Source: Chrysomallon squamiferum (Eukaryota; Animalia; Mollusca). Taken from it: DNA of 64,000 nucleotides. The stretch lies in the NCBI GenBank assembly GCA_012295275.1, contig CM022665.1, positions 46,872,001 through 46,936,000 on the forward strand, read 5' to 3'. The translations under genes and the position numbers were made by a program. Positions 1 through 13,902 of this stretch are shown piece after piece. The stretch's first letter is position 1, and the number at the start of each line of letters is the position of its first letter. The notes under the pieces were generated by a model that saw only the letters and a list, made by a program, of their open reading frames with translations, was not told the origin of the DNA and did not search any database.

Positions 1-2708
1 ATCTGGACACCGGCTACTCAGTATGGTCAGTATGTGACTAAATATGATATCATGTGGACACCACTGGACAAGGGTCCATGTTTTGTCTATTTAAACCACA
101 CAGGTGATATAAAAGGTTTAGTACCTGGAAAACAGTACACTGTTCTAGTGAGAGCTTTCATTATCCAAGAAGGAAGAGTACAGTTTGTAGATTCAGCTAA
201 TATTTCACAGAGAACATGTAAGATTATAAAGTATTTCACTTATCATTGCTAATTTTCTCTGTTAATGATACATTTTATTACTTATATATCCAGTATAAAA
301 AGTGTTATTTCTAACATACACATAAAACATACTCAGAAAAATAGCATGTATAGTAAGAGTGATTTTGAAGTCAAAATTACTTTCTTCTTTTCAAAATGTT
401 TTACTGTTACTTTCGGATTCTCTCTTTACAGGTGTTACAGTTTTGAAAAAGAAAAATAGAAATAATTTAAACATTTATATCAGATAATAAAAAAATTGAA
501 AAAACAAATTAACAAAAACAAACATTTACTGGTATTTCTTGATTTCAGTTCCAGACATACCAGGCCCATTTGATGAAGAAAAAAGTAATTTAACAGCACC
601 AAACATCACGCTGTATTTTAATAAATCTGAAGGAATTGTTGATTACTACATAGTAACTTTAATTGGTGACTCTGACTTTTACAACAAGACTCAAAATGTG
701 ACGTCAGCAGAAAAATATCCTAAACTTGTGTTTAAGGACATAACTGCTGGCAGTTATTACACTTTAAATATCACTGCAGTCAGCTCTGGAGTTTACAGTG
801 AAACCTACACATATAGTAAAATTCGTGGCTCAGTAAAAGGTAAATACAATTTTTAGGTTGAATTATTGTACCTTCTATAAAAACATTTGTTTTAGATTTA
901 TTCTGGTTTGGTTTCTTCTGGCAAATTTTAAAATGTTTATCTTATTTAATGCATTTTAGTAGTTTTAACAGAACCTTTGGTTGAATAAAGATGGCTCTAT
1001 TAAAAACAGTTCTTTTAAAAAATATAACTACGGAATTTAGTACAAATGTTAAAACCAGATGAAATAATAAATGAATAAAAATAATTAATGTGAAACGAAA
1101 TGGTTTAAATGTTCTACTTTTAATACGTTTTAATAATTAAACAAATAATGTATTTTAAGGATTATTAATAGGTATGTTGGAATTTAATAGAAGCAGTGAA
1201 TAAATAATACACAGAATTATATAAAAGGACATTCTGAATATTTTCAAAGCCAATATTAAGGAAACTGTATGATCAGGGAGGAAAAATAAATAAAAAGAAA
1301 CTACTTTAGAATTCAAAACATAAATATTTGAATTTTTCTCTATTTAATGTGGTATTTTTGCAATAAAGTAACAAAATGAAAAATAACGTACTGCAGAGCA
1401 TATGTGCTACTTTTTTTTGTTGTGCCTAAACAATACTTATTTGTTGTTTTCTGTTGTTGTGATAAATGTGTATATCCAGATAATATAAATTGTAATGACA
1501 AACTTAGGTGCCACAAAAAGAAAGAAAACAACAACAACAATAATAATAATAATAATAAAAAAAATAAAAATAAAAATAAATAAAATTAAAATTAAAAATT
1601 AAGTAAAACATAAAACAATAAATGAAAGTAATTTGGATATCAGCTGCTACCTACATTTTAAGCACTAATTTAAATATATATGATTTCTGTTGGTTATTCC
1701 ATCTCTGCAGATTATGTTTATACATTAATATTTTTACTTGCAGCACCTGGAAATGTGTCTCACCTCAGTGTATCAAACATAACCTACAGTTCTATGTTTG
1801 TGTCCTGGAATCGTCCTCACAACCCCAATGGTGTTATATTTGCTTACATTTTAACTCTTAAACTAATTTCAAATGATACTTGTCAACAGAAAGTTGTCTT
1901 TTACTGCAGTGACTGCACAAACATGAGTAACGTAAGATATTTTAATTTATTATTAAAGGTCTTTTTTTTAAAATGTTGTTAACATTTGATGACAATCCTT
2001 GATTTATAATAGTTTTAATAATAATTAGTGTTATCGGTAATTTTAAATGAAACTCTAGGTTCAGAACAGAAAACAAAATATTAAGGAACGCAACTGCATA
2101 AACTGTCTAGATAAGAGAAGAACCACAACACACCAAACAAAAAGTGTATTCTGAATCTATTATTTTACAAATAAAGTAACTATCAACAAAAGCTTGGGTG
2201 AAATTTAATATTTACTAATAAACTGGAGACAGAAAAAAAAAAAAAACAGTATTCATGAAACAAAATTAATGGTTTTAATATATATTTCCTATTCTCAGTA
2301 CTTTTTGGTAAAAATCTATCATTACTTCACATATGTTTAAGAAATTTTTATTTTCCATAATATCTTGTCTTTAACTTTTTAACAGAAGGCTAATTTAAAT
2401 AGCAGATATCGTATTTAATAAACTGCTTGTTTTAAAATTGTTTAATCACAGATGGAGATACAGTAATTGCATACAGTTTACATATATTTGAACAATAATA
2501 TATTTTTTATTACACACTGGGATTTTAAAGCACATGCAGAAACTACCTGGATGAAAAGTATAACCCCAACCCATTAAAATAGAAGTGTATTCTGAAATCA
2601 TTTAGAAATTATTTGTCAAATAAAGTAAATATAAATAAAAGCTTTTTGAAAGTTTATATTTACCAATACATTTAACAGAATAAAAAATAAAAAAACCAAC
2701 CTCAAAAG

Positions 2709-2779
<71 letters not shown>

Positions 2780-5299
2780 ATAAATAAATAAACCAATAAA
2801 ATAATTTAAAAAAAACAAGCCAGATAAAAAAAAAATATACCCATGAAAATTTAAAAAACAAAATTAACGTTTTTATATATTTCTTTCCTATTCTAAGTAC
2901 TTTTTAGTGAAATTCTATAGAAATCTGTCATCACTTGAGATGTGTTTAACAGGCTATAAATGAAAATTGTCTTTTCTTCACTATCTTCTCTTACATTTTT
3001 TAACATAAGGCTAATGTAAACAGTAGGTATAATATTTAATCAACCTTTTGTTTTCAAATTGTTTAATCATAGATGAAACACAGTAATTGATAACATATTA
3101 CATAAATATTTGTATTAGATTTTGCTTTTATTTTAACATTTATGAATGTAGGTTGACAGTGACGCACATTGTGAAGGCGTTAAGCCAGTCAAAGTGAATA
3201 TTAGCAGCAGTGTACTGAATGATGCTGAAGAAGAATTCAGCTACAACCTGACACATCTTTTACCTTTCACCTACTACACAGTCAGTGTGTTTACTTACAA
3301 TGAATTAGATTATGGACCAACATCAGAGATGCACCAAATGTCAGAAACCAAATGTAAGGAATAACTATCATTATATACATTTTAATTAAATATTTGAAAT
3401 AAATAAAAATAACAATAATTGTAGTAAATAAATAAACAAACCAATTAACAAACTAAAATAAATAAATAAATAATAAAATAATAAAATACCTGCATTTTGA
3501 GAATAAAAAGGAGTTATTATTATTATTTGTTTAAACTTTCTGTCTTGTTTAATTATTCTGTTTATATTTTACAATCTGTATTTAAGTTTTACAGATTTCA
3601 ACTGTAATAATTGCAGTGTTTAATTTCTCCAATTTACATTTATCAGATTTTCATTAAGATATATATTAAATAAGCATGACCATTGTATACTTTGGTTTTA
3701 AATCTTTTCCAATTTGTTGCTTTTGTTATTTTAGCTGCAGCACCACCAGACAACTTTAGAGTGAGTGAAATAACTAGTTCTTCCATAACAGTGACTTGGT
3801 CACCAGAGTCTCCAAAACCAGGAAAAACTGACTACAATTTGATTGTTTACGAGAAAGCAGAAAATGGAAAATCAGATATGACAATAAAAAATGAAACTAT
3901 CAAAGGTTAATATCCATATACACATCTGTCTATCTGTATGTCTGGCTGTGTGTCTGTCTGTGTGTCTGTCATCTATCTATCTATCTATCTGTCTGTCTCT
4001 CTATCGATTTAATTAACAATTAAACATGACTCTATTGCATAACTGTTGCTGAAATACCTTTAAACATTTTAGTTAAATTATTATAACTTATTTTAAAACA
4101 ATCTAACAAATAATGTCTTTATCTGAATAAATAATAATAATAATTAGAAGAAGAAGAAGAAGAAGAAGAAGAAAAGAAGAAGAAGAAAGCATGAGAAGAA
4201 GAAGCAAGAGGAATGGAAAAAGGAGATATTATTGCTGTTATTAAATAAATTATTTAATAATTGAATGTGTATTAACAATCATATAAACTGTTATAATTTT
4301 AGGGTGGAGTTCAAACCGTTACACTGCTCAAAATCTGTCTAGTTACTGGGATTATAAGTTTGAGCTAACAGCAAACACATCAGCTGGAGAATCACAACCT
4401 GTGTGGATAGATTACATAAAAACAAACCAATCAGGTAAAGTTTAATTGATTGTAGGTATTGTATTTATGAGGGCTAACCAACTTCAGAAGTTACAATTTA
4501 ATTTAAATAATAACACCATAAAAAAGCTAATGTATATTTTGTAATTAAAAAAGTAATAATAACACCCCCTCCCCCCTCCCAAAAAAAAATGAATAAAAAG
4601 CTAAAACTCAGAAGTTAATAATTTTTGTTTGATTGTCTTCCATCATTTAAAATTATGCTTATACATTATGTTTTTTACTTGCAGCACCTGGAAATGTATC
4701 TGATCTCAACATATCAGACATCACCTACAGTTCAATGTTTGTGTCTTGGAATCATCCTGACAAACCCAATGGTGTTATTTTTGCTTACATTTTAACTCTT
4801 CAACTAAAGTCAAATGACAGTTGTCAACAGAAAGTTGTCTTTTACTGCAATGATTGCATGAACATGAATATTGTAAATAATTTTTTACTTACTATTAAAT
4901 TTTATTTTTAAATTTTTAATCAAATGTTGATGACAATATTTGAATTAAAATGGTTTTAATAATAACTTGTATTATTGGTATTTTACTTGAAAGTCTTGGT
5001 TTAGAACAGAAAAAGAAAAATCAAGGAAAGCACAAGCATAAACTCTCTAAATGAAAAGAAGAACTCCAACCCACTAAACAAGAAGTTTATTCTGAAACTA
5101 TTTAACAATTATATTTCAAACAAAGTAAATATAAACAAAAGCATGTGTGAAATTTAATATTTACTAATAAATTTAACATAGGAAAATAAAATAATAAAGT
5201 ATAAAATACCCAAGATAAAAAAAAAAAAAAATAAAAAAAAAAATAAAATAAAATAAAATAAAATAAATAAAATAAATAATAAATAATAATAATAATAAT

Positions 5300-5347
<48 letters not shown>

Positions 5348-6966
5348 AATAAATAAATAAATAAATATCTATGAAACAAATAAAATTAATGGCTTTAATA
5401 TTTATTTAATATTCTAAGTACTTTTTGGTGAAAATCTATCATTACTTCATGTGTTAACAGGCTATACATTTTTATTTTCTTCAATATCTTCTCTTTAATA
5501 GAAATGTTTTAATAGAAGGCCAATGTAAACAGTATATATCTTATTTAATAAACTGCTTGTTTTAAAATTGTTTAATCACAGATGAAGATACAGTAATTGC
5601 ATACTGTTTACATAAACATTTTTCAGTGATATATTTTTATTAGATGTTTTATTTGTTTAATCATTTATGAATGTAGGTTGACGGTGACATGAATTGTGAA
5701 GGTGTTACACCAGTCAAAGTGAATATTAGTAGCAGTGTACTGAATGATGCTGGAAAAGAATTCAGCTACAACCTGACACATCTTTTACCTTTCACAAACT
5801 ACACTGTCAGTGTGTTTACTTACAATGAATTATATTCTGGACCAACAACAGAGATGTATGAAATGACAGAAACCAAATGTAAGACATAACTTTCATTAGA
5901 TACATTTCAATTAAATATTTAACAGGATATATATATATATATATATATGTTTGTATATATAAACAACAACATTAACTGTAGTGTATAAATAAACCAACAA
6001 ACTAAAATTAAATAATTGTTATCTCTTGTTTAATCTTTCTGCTTATATTTTATGATCAGTATTTAAATTTTACAGATTTCTGCTAATAGATTCTAGTCAT
6101 TAATTGAAGTGTTAAATTTTTCCAATTTCCATTTATCAGATTTTCATTGATATATGTTATGTAAACATGAACATTGTGTAATTTGTTTTTGAAACTTTTC
6201 TGATTTCATTTTTTTTTATTATCTTAGCTGCAGCACCACCAGACAACTTTAGAGTGAGTGAACTAACTAGTTCTTCAATAACAGTGACTTGGTTACCAGA
6301 GATGCCAAAACCAGGAAAAACTGACTACAGTTTGATTGTTTATGAAAAAGCAGAAAATGGACAATCAGATAAAATAATAGAGAATGAAATTATCAAAGGT
6401 TAATAACCACAAACAGACACACGCATCTATCTATCTATGTATCTCTATATATAATTATCCGTTAAACACGACCATACTGTATAACAACTGTTGTTGAAAT
6501 AAGTTTAAAAAATTTATATCAGATTTAAATTGAATTTATAATAAGGTGATAAATAGTTTCTTTATGTGAATAATAATAAGAAGAAGAAAAAGAAAATGAA
6601 GAAGGATGAGAAGCAGCAGCAAGAGGAAAAGAAAAAGATGATTATGATGATATTATTGATGTTATTATTAAATAAAGTTTTTAATAACTGAATGTGTATT
6701 AACATAACTCTATAAACTGTTGATAATTTCAGAGTGGAGTTCAAACAATTACACAGCAAAAAATCTGTCCAGTTACTGGGATTATAAGTTTGAGCTCACA
6801 GCAAATACATCAGCTGGGAAATCACAAGCTGTGTTGATAGATTACATAAAAACAGAACAATCAGGTAAAGTTTAATGATTGTTGCTGCTGTATATATAAG
6901 GGTAAATCACATTTAGAAGTAACAACTCTAACTTAAATAAAAGAAATTCCAACAATAAAAGGGAAA

Positions 6967-7001
<35 letters not shown>

Positions 7002-10000
7002 ATCATTAAATAAATAAATGAAATGGATGAGCTACAAGTCACACGTTACTAATTATCCTATTTTATTTTCTTGTAATGAAATATTAAATGCATGTATATA
7101 TAAAATCATTCAATAATATTAATGAATAAAGAATTATTGTAAAATAATTTTATTGTATAAATGAAGTTATAATAAAGTATATGTACTTTTTTTGTATTTT
7201 GTGAATTTTATAAATCCAAGAACAAAGATTTACTTGCTATGTATATATATATATATAAATATATATATATTTTTTTAACAGCACCAACAGCACCTATAAA
7301 TTTTAATGTAAGTCACATTGACAACAACTACACTGCTGTGATGGTTACTTATGACTGTCCTAAACAAAAAGATGGCAGAAACGGAATTATAAATAGTTCA
7401 TTTTTAGTCTACAACACAACCATGGTATGTACAGACACATATTTTTATTTTATTTTATTTTGATTCCATCTCTTTTTAAAAAAGTACTGAAAACTTATGT
7501 TTTCTTGTGGAATAAGATTATTTTATGTTTCTGTATTGATGTGCAGATTATATAGTTTAAATTTTTTTCTTTTTTTTTCCAGAAAAATATTGATGTTATT
7601 ACGAACAGTATTTCGATTGAAAACAGAAACAACTGTCACTTCTCAGTCAGTGTACCTGTAACAGCAGAAATCAAATATAATTTCTATGTGAGTATTTGCT
7701 GTTTTTGATTTAAAATATTTTACAGTAATATATACAGCAGACTAATAAAGATTTTTAATATATTTGTTGAACATTTGTTTACCTTTCAAATCTTTCTGAT
7801 TAGAGAATAATTATATTGGTGTTTTATTTCATATGTTTAGAAGTTACATCTGCTTCAGTCTTGAATTGTTGTTTCATATATTCATCAGTTTAGAATTTAA
7901 ATTTCAAATCTTTTTTTTTTTTTTTTTTTTTTTTCTATTTGTATAGGTTTATCTGAAGACAGTTTATGATGGAGAAAAGGCTACTACATCATTTTACACC
8001 CCATCTGGACGTATGTTTTAAATATTTCACATTAAATATTTAATTATTCATTTTACATTCATATGATGTTAATTATATGTAGACAAATCATTAAAAGTGA
8101 ATTCAGACTTCATATTCTTGTTTATTAAAAACAAAACAGTTTCAAAACAAAATATTTGTAATTTGTCGAACATGAAATTAAGCACGATATAATCACAATT
8201 ATTGCATTTTCAATTCAACTCTGATCTTTAAGAATATATATATAAATTTAATAAATAGTAAATAACTAACTAAGTAACTAACTAAATAAATAAATAAATA
8301 AAAACAAATAATTAAAAATTCTGTCAATGTTTATATTTTCATACTGGCCATCTTTTTCATTCCTGATTGTTATATGTATGTAATCAATTGTATTTACAGC
8401 ACCAATTCTAGTTATTCAATCTACAATTACGATGCCTATGAAAACCTCTCCATTTGAAAATGGCTTTGTTATGGACATCTGCCCTAAATGTCTTTATCAG
8501 CCAACTACTGGGGAAGTTGTACTAACTGGTATTATTGTCACCAAACAAGACAAACATATAAAAGGTAGAACCTAAATATATTTCTCAAGAATCATTAAAC
8601 ACTATTATGGATTTATTGAAGTATGCATACACCAAAATCTGATATTTTGAAACTGAATATTAAATTCAAAAATCATTTTCAGCAAGCATATTTAACAGGC
8701 ATTTAATTATTCCAACTCATCCTTTTTTATTTTTTTTTTATTTTTTTTAATAACCTTTTGATTATAATTCTTTTGCTGTTATTGAAACTGATGTTCAAAA
8801 TATTTTTATTACTTTTTGGTTTAAATTAATATTCATTTTATTCTTATTATTTTTTCAAAACAGCAAATGTTAGAAAAACATGTACTAAATATTGTATTAA
8901 TATCTGTCATACATTAAATAAATATCCTTTCCTCTCAACAGCCAATCGACATAAAAGAGAACTCAGTTATAAAGATTATGCAAATTATACAAATTGGTTC
9001 ACGGCCAAGCAGAAAAACTTCAAAATTCCTTACAGAGCAACAAATGACAGCTGGATAGACAAAGGTAAAGAGTCTGTTATTTAAACATGTTTATATGAAA
9101 ACCGATGTTTAAATCTATATTGTCACCAGGTTGTAGAGTAATTCAGTAAGGTAATGAAACAGTACAAAATACATGTACAGCTGAAGCAGTTTCAGTGGAC
9201 TTTATTTGCAAGTATCATCTGTGGTAGTTTGCTAGCAATTGGAGCTGACTTTAAAATAAAATAAACGAAAATAAATTAAAACAATTTGTTGTTGCTGAGG
9301 TTTCAGCATATCTCATACATGACCTCGGAATAAAAGTTATTTTCCATCAGACTTGTGAAACTGCTTTATCATCTTTGAAAAGTGAATGAAAGTATTAAAT
9401 GTACTGGTTGAAGTACAGCACAGACGTGCATTTGATTCAGCATATCATATTTATATGTATGTGTGTATGTAATTGAATATTTTGTGTGGCAAATGTTAAT
9501 ACATACTGGGATGATACTGAAACAGTATAAGGTGACTGCATTGTCATTTAAGATAACTTCATTCTATGTTAGACATTTGTCAAATATTAGCCTTAAGTAA
9601 GAAAGAAAATAAAGATCACTGCTGCTTTATTGTATAGTACCTTTAAGTTGATCGTAGTGTAATAAACACATAAATAAATAAATAAAAACTTAACAAATTG
9701 TATAGTTTTTCTTAAATATTATTTTTATTTGTAGATTTAGAAAAATACAAGTATCGAATAGGAGACATGGACTGTTATCAGAGACATGATTTTTGTAATG
9801 GGCCACTACCAGATGGGTTAACATTTGTGTAAGTTTAACATTTAAGTTGTTCAGGAAAATAACTTTGTATCTTTTACACAGTATCTAACAACGAAAAAAG
9901 AACAAAACACGGTATCTATGCAGTTATAGGAACTAATATATAGAAACCTATACAATGAACTCATAAATGAAAAATTGTTTCTTAATAAGCTAACTGGGAA

Positions 10001-13000
10001 GAACACTGGATGTAAAATGTAAATAATCTCTTGCTTCTAATAATTATTTGTTTTCCTTTCTATGGGAAGGTATATTTAAAAGGTCTCATGATGCCTTTTG
10101 ATAGTAATGACATCTGCAAGAAAACATTCACAAAACAAACATAACTACCACTGAACTTATCTGTTCTACACTAATTCATCACACTATACTTTTGATGGAA
10201 TAATTTAATTGAAAATAATTTTAGTTAAGTTTTTTTTTAATTTAACAATTTTGTCTTTGTAATTAGGTAGATTTGAACTCAAATGGTATAATCATTAGCA
10301 TAAACTAGATAAATTTTACTTTACAGAGTTGAAATTTTTGCCAGTACTAAAATTATTTATTTAACTTTAACTTCTCTGAAACATGATGTGGTTATTGTAT
10401 CGTTTCTTGACGAGCTAACTGGGCAGAAAGCTGGATGTAAAATGTAAAACATCTCTTGCTTCTAATAATTATATATGTTTTTATTTCTATGAGAAGGCTC
10501 ATTAAAAAAATTTCTTGATGCTAGCAACACATGTATTTATAACAGCCCATTTTTCCTAGTACTGACATCTACAAGAAAACATTCACAAACCATACCTGAC
10601 TACCAGTGTACTGATTTGTTGTACTCTAATTACATGTACTTCTTCTGGAATAATTTAACTGAAAATAATTTTAAGTTCCCTACTTGCCTTTGTAAGTAGG
10701 ATGATTTGAACTGAAACTATACAATCAGTAGCATGAAGTAAGCAAATACTACTTTTACAGAGTTGAAATCTTTGCCTGTACTCAAGGTGGATGCACCCAA
10801 ATAAGAGGCCCCTCTTATGAAACCAAGAAGAGTAAGTTTAAACAACAAAATTTTATTTTTAGTTTTTTTAATTAAATGTATTTGGAATTATAACTTGAAA
10901 CCAAAATGTATTAAGAAACTACTGCCTATTTCAGTGCATTTACAGTTTTTGAAATTTTTTATTTTGGAAATTTACTATTGTTTCTAGTTTATAATAACAA
11001 ACAAAAATGTAAATTTACTACAGGTGATCAGTTTTAGAAACAAAAATAATTGAGACTGAGAAAAAAATGTCAAACATCTACTAATGTGAAAAAATATTAT
11101 ATCTGTGTTCTACTTACATTAGCTGTTGTGTGTATACAAACACAAATACTCTATACACTCAGTGGTAAATAATAATGTTTATGTGCAACAACATTGATGT
11201 ATTTTTTGATTTACAGAGGAAACCAGCAAAGTTGGTCTGATTACTGGCCTGATTATAGCCTTTGTTGTTATTACTGTTCTGGTCATCGTCATCATCGTGC
11301 TTATCAAAAAACGCAAAAGGTTGATTATAGTTTGTTTTAATATTTTGTTATTGAAATTACTATTCACAATAGCATATTCATCAATGTTTTTAAATGCAGG
11401 TTTCAAATGAAGACTTCAGTGTAATTTATAAAAATTAACCTATCAAGTTTGGAATTGTTGTACAACTGTCTAATAGTTTTCAGTGGATCAACACATATTT
11501 TAAAGAAAATATTTTAAATAAATAAATAAATAAATAAATAAAATACACAAAGAGAACTAAATTTTAAATACAAAATGATTCTTGACTTAATGAACATTTT
11601 TCTTTTATTGTTTCAACACTAAATATTACTTAATAAAACACTTCCAAAATTTTTTAAAAGATTATTCACAAGTTTATAAAATACAGAATAAATTACCATT
11701 TGCTTAAATTATTATATGTAGTGCTAGAAGGTGATGAAAATTAATATTAATAAAATATTTATATTCTTTATACTGCTTTCTGATTTTAACTGGATCATTT
11801 CCAGACATATTAGCCTGTCATATTTAGATTATTGTTTTAAAATTTCATGTTTCAGTAATAATTATGCTGAGCAGGAAGATACGTCTGAAGTAGAAGAACT
11901 TTCACAAATAAACAAAAAAAGGTACTTCATGACATTATCTAAACTTCTAACTAATATTAACTAATAATTCAGTTTTTGGATAACCACTAAAAGAACCGAA
12001 AAACTGCACTGGAAATAAATTTATTTATATTTTCTAATTTTAATATCTGTCATTCATATTAAATTTTCAAAGAAAACAAATTCTGGAATATTCATTGGGA
12101 TTAAAACTTACTTATTATGTCTGACCATTTCTATTATATTTGCCATTGAAATTACTACTCACTACTGAAATACTGATTTGTCACTATCCTAAATAATTAA
12201 ATGATTTGTTTGGATGTTATTTTAAGTATCATTAAAAAAATGTTTAAGATTAAATATAAAGTCATTTAAAAAAATAATTTATCTTTTTCTACAATGAATC
12301 ATATATATATACATACACACATTTTAATTACAGACTAATTTTAAACTGCATATCAATTCCATAATCAGTTCCTTATTATCTTTAAAAAATGTTTATCTTT
12401 TAACACAGACCTATCACAATGGTTGGCTTCAAAGAGCATCTTGAAACATTACACAGAGACTCCAATCTTCTGTTTACACGAGAGTATGAGGTAAGTCTTA
12501 GTTTATAAACCGTTTACACACATTTTACATTCTGCATTATTTGCAGTGTTATATATAAAGCATTTTACAATGTTTATGTTTCTGCTCTTGTTTTATGATT
12601 ACTTTTCTCCCATTCTTGATGCAAAAGATATAAAAATGTGAAATAGGCCAAATAATATGTTGATTTGCAGATGCTAAAATTGGCTAAAAAATTCCAAGGA
12701 AGTGTGTACAAGGAAATGAATCAACAATACAAATTCTGAATGAAGGAGTTAAAAGTGTATGATATACAAGTTTAAAATCATGTCTAAAGTGAGGTGACAT
12801 ATCAACAATATTGGCAGTTCTTAATTAATATATATATTTTTTGGTTCAATTTATTATTATTTTAATTAAAAATATCTTTGTTTAATTTACACAGGACCTG
12901 ACATCTTTATCTCCCAATCATCCAAAATTACATTCAGAAATGGATGGGAATCGAGTGAAAAACAGATATGTCAACATCCTACCATGTATGTAAACCTATT

Positions 13001-13856
13001 GAGAATAATTCTGAGAATATTTCTATGTATTTATTTTCTTTATAATTATCAGAAATTATCTTTGAAATCTGAATTATGCATCATGATGTGTACAGAGATG
13101 AAAAGCTATAATAACAAAATTTCAGCATTTGGATATTTGGAATACTTGTTAGTCTTGTAGACCTTTTTTGAATTGTAGTGGTTTTATGTTACATCACAAC
13201 TCAAAGCAGTGTTTGTATTGACATTTATTTTACTATTACAATGTTTCTGTTTCAGTTGATCACAGCCGAGTAAAACTCCTGCCACTGAATGAGGATGCAG
13301 ACAGAGGATATGATATCACAGACTACATAAATGCTAACTACATCCCTGTAAGTTGTCTTTTTAGTAAATTGATAAATTAGTTACGAAATCTTTATCTTCA
13401 TTTCTTTCCACATTATTTTAAATCGATAAAGTGCTTAAATCATCAAATATAAGAACAGGATCCTGCATTATGCTGGTCAAGACTAAAGCCACACTTTAAC
13501 TGTTAACTAAATCTTATAGCTGCACACACAGGCTTTTAGTTGAATACTCACAGTATATGTTTGGGATTCTTGTACAGATTCATAAGCAGCATTACATTAA
13601 GAAACCATGTGTTGTCAGACTATTGGCAAAACCTGAAATTTTCTGTTGTGAAGCTCTATTGCATCACACACACAGACACAGAATTTATTGTGCCAAGTGA
13701 TTTTTTTCAGGGCTACAAAGGACCTCGTGAATACATTGCTACTCAGGGACCCATGGCAGGCACAATTGCTGATTTCTGGAGAATGATTTGGGAACAGCAT
13801 TCCACCCTTATTGTGATGTTGTCAGATCTCCAAGAGAAAGGAAAGGTATTGTTGAA

Positions 13857-13902
<46 letters not shown>

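Noticed and set aside
2602-2861. Poly-Ile/poly-Leu ORFs (also 5173-5379, 6562-6759, 16517-16765, 47894-48141, 61885-62079)
   Set aside because: Translations of (AAT)n/(TTA)n microsatellites in introns or intergenic DNA, not real membrane proteins.
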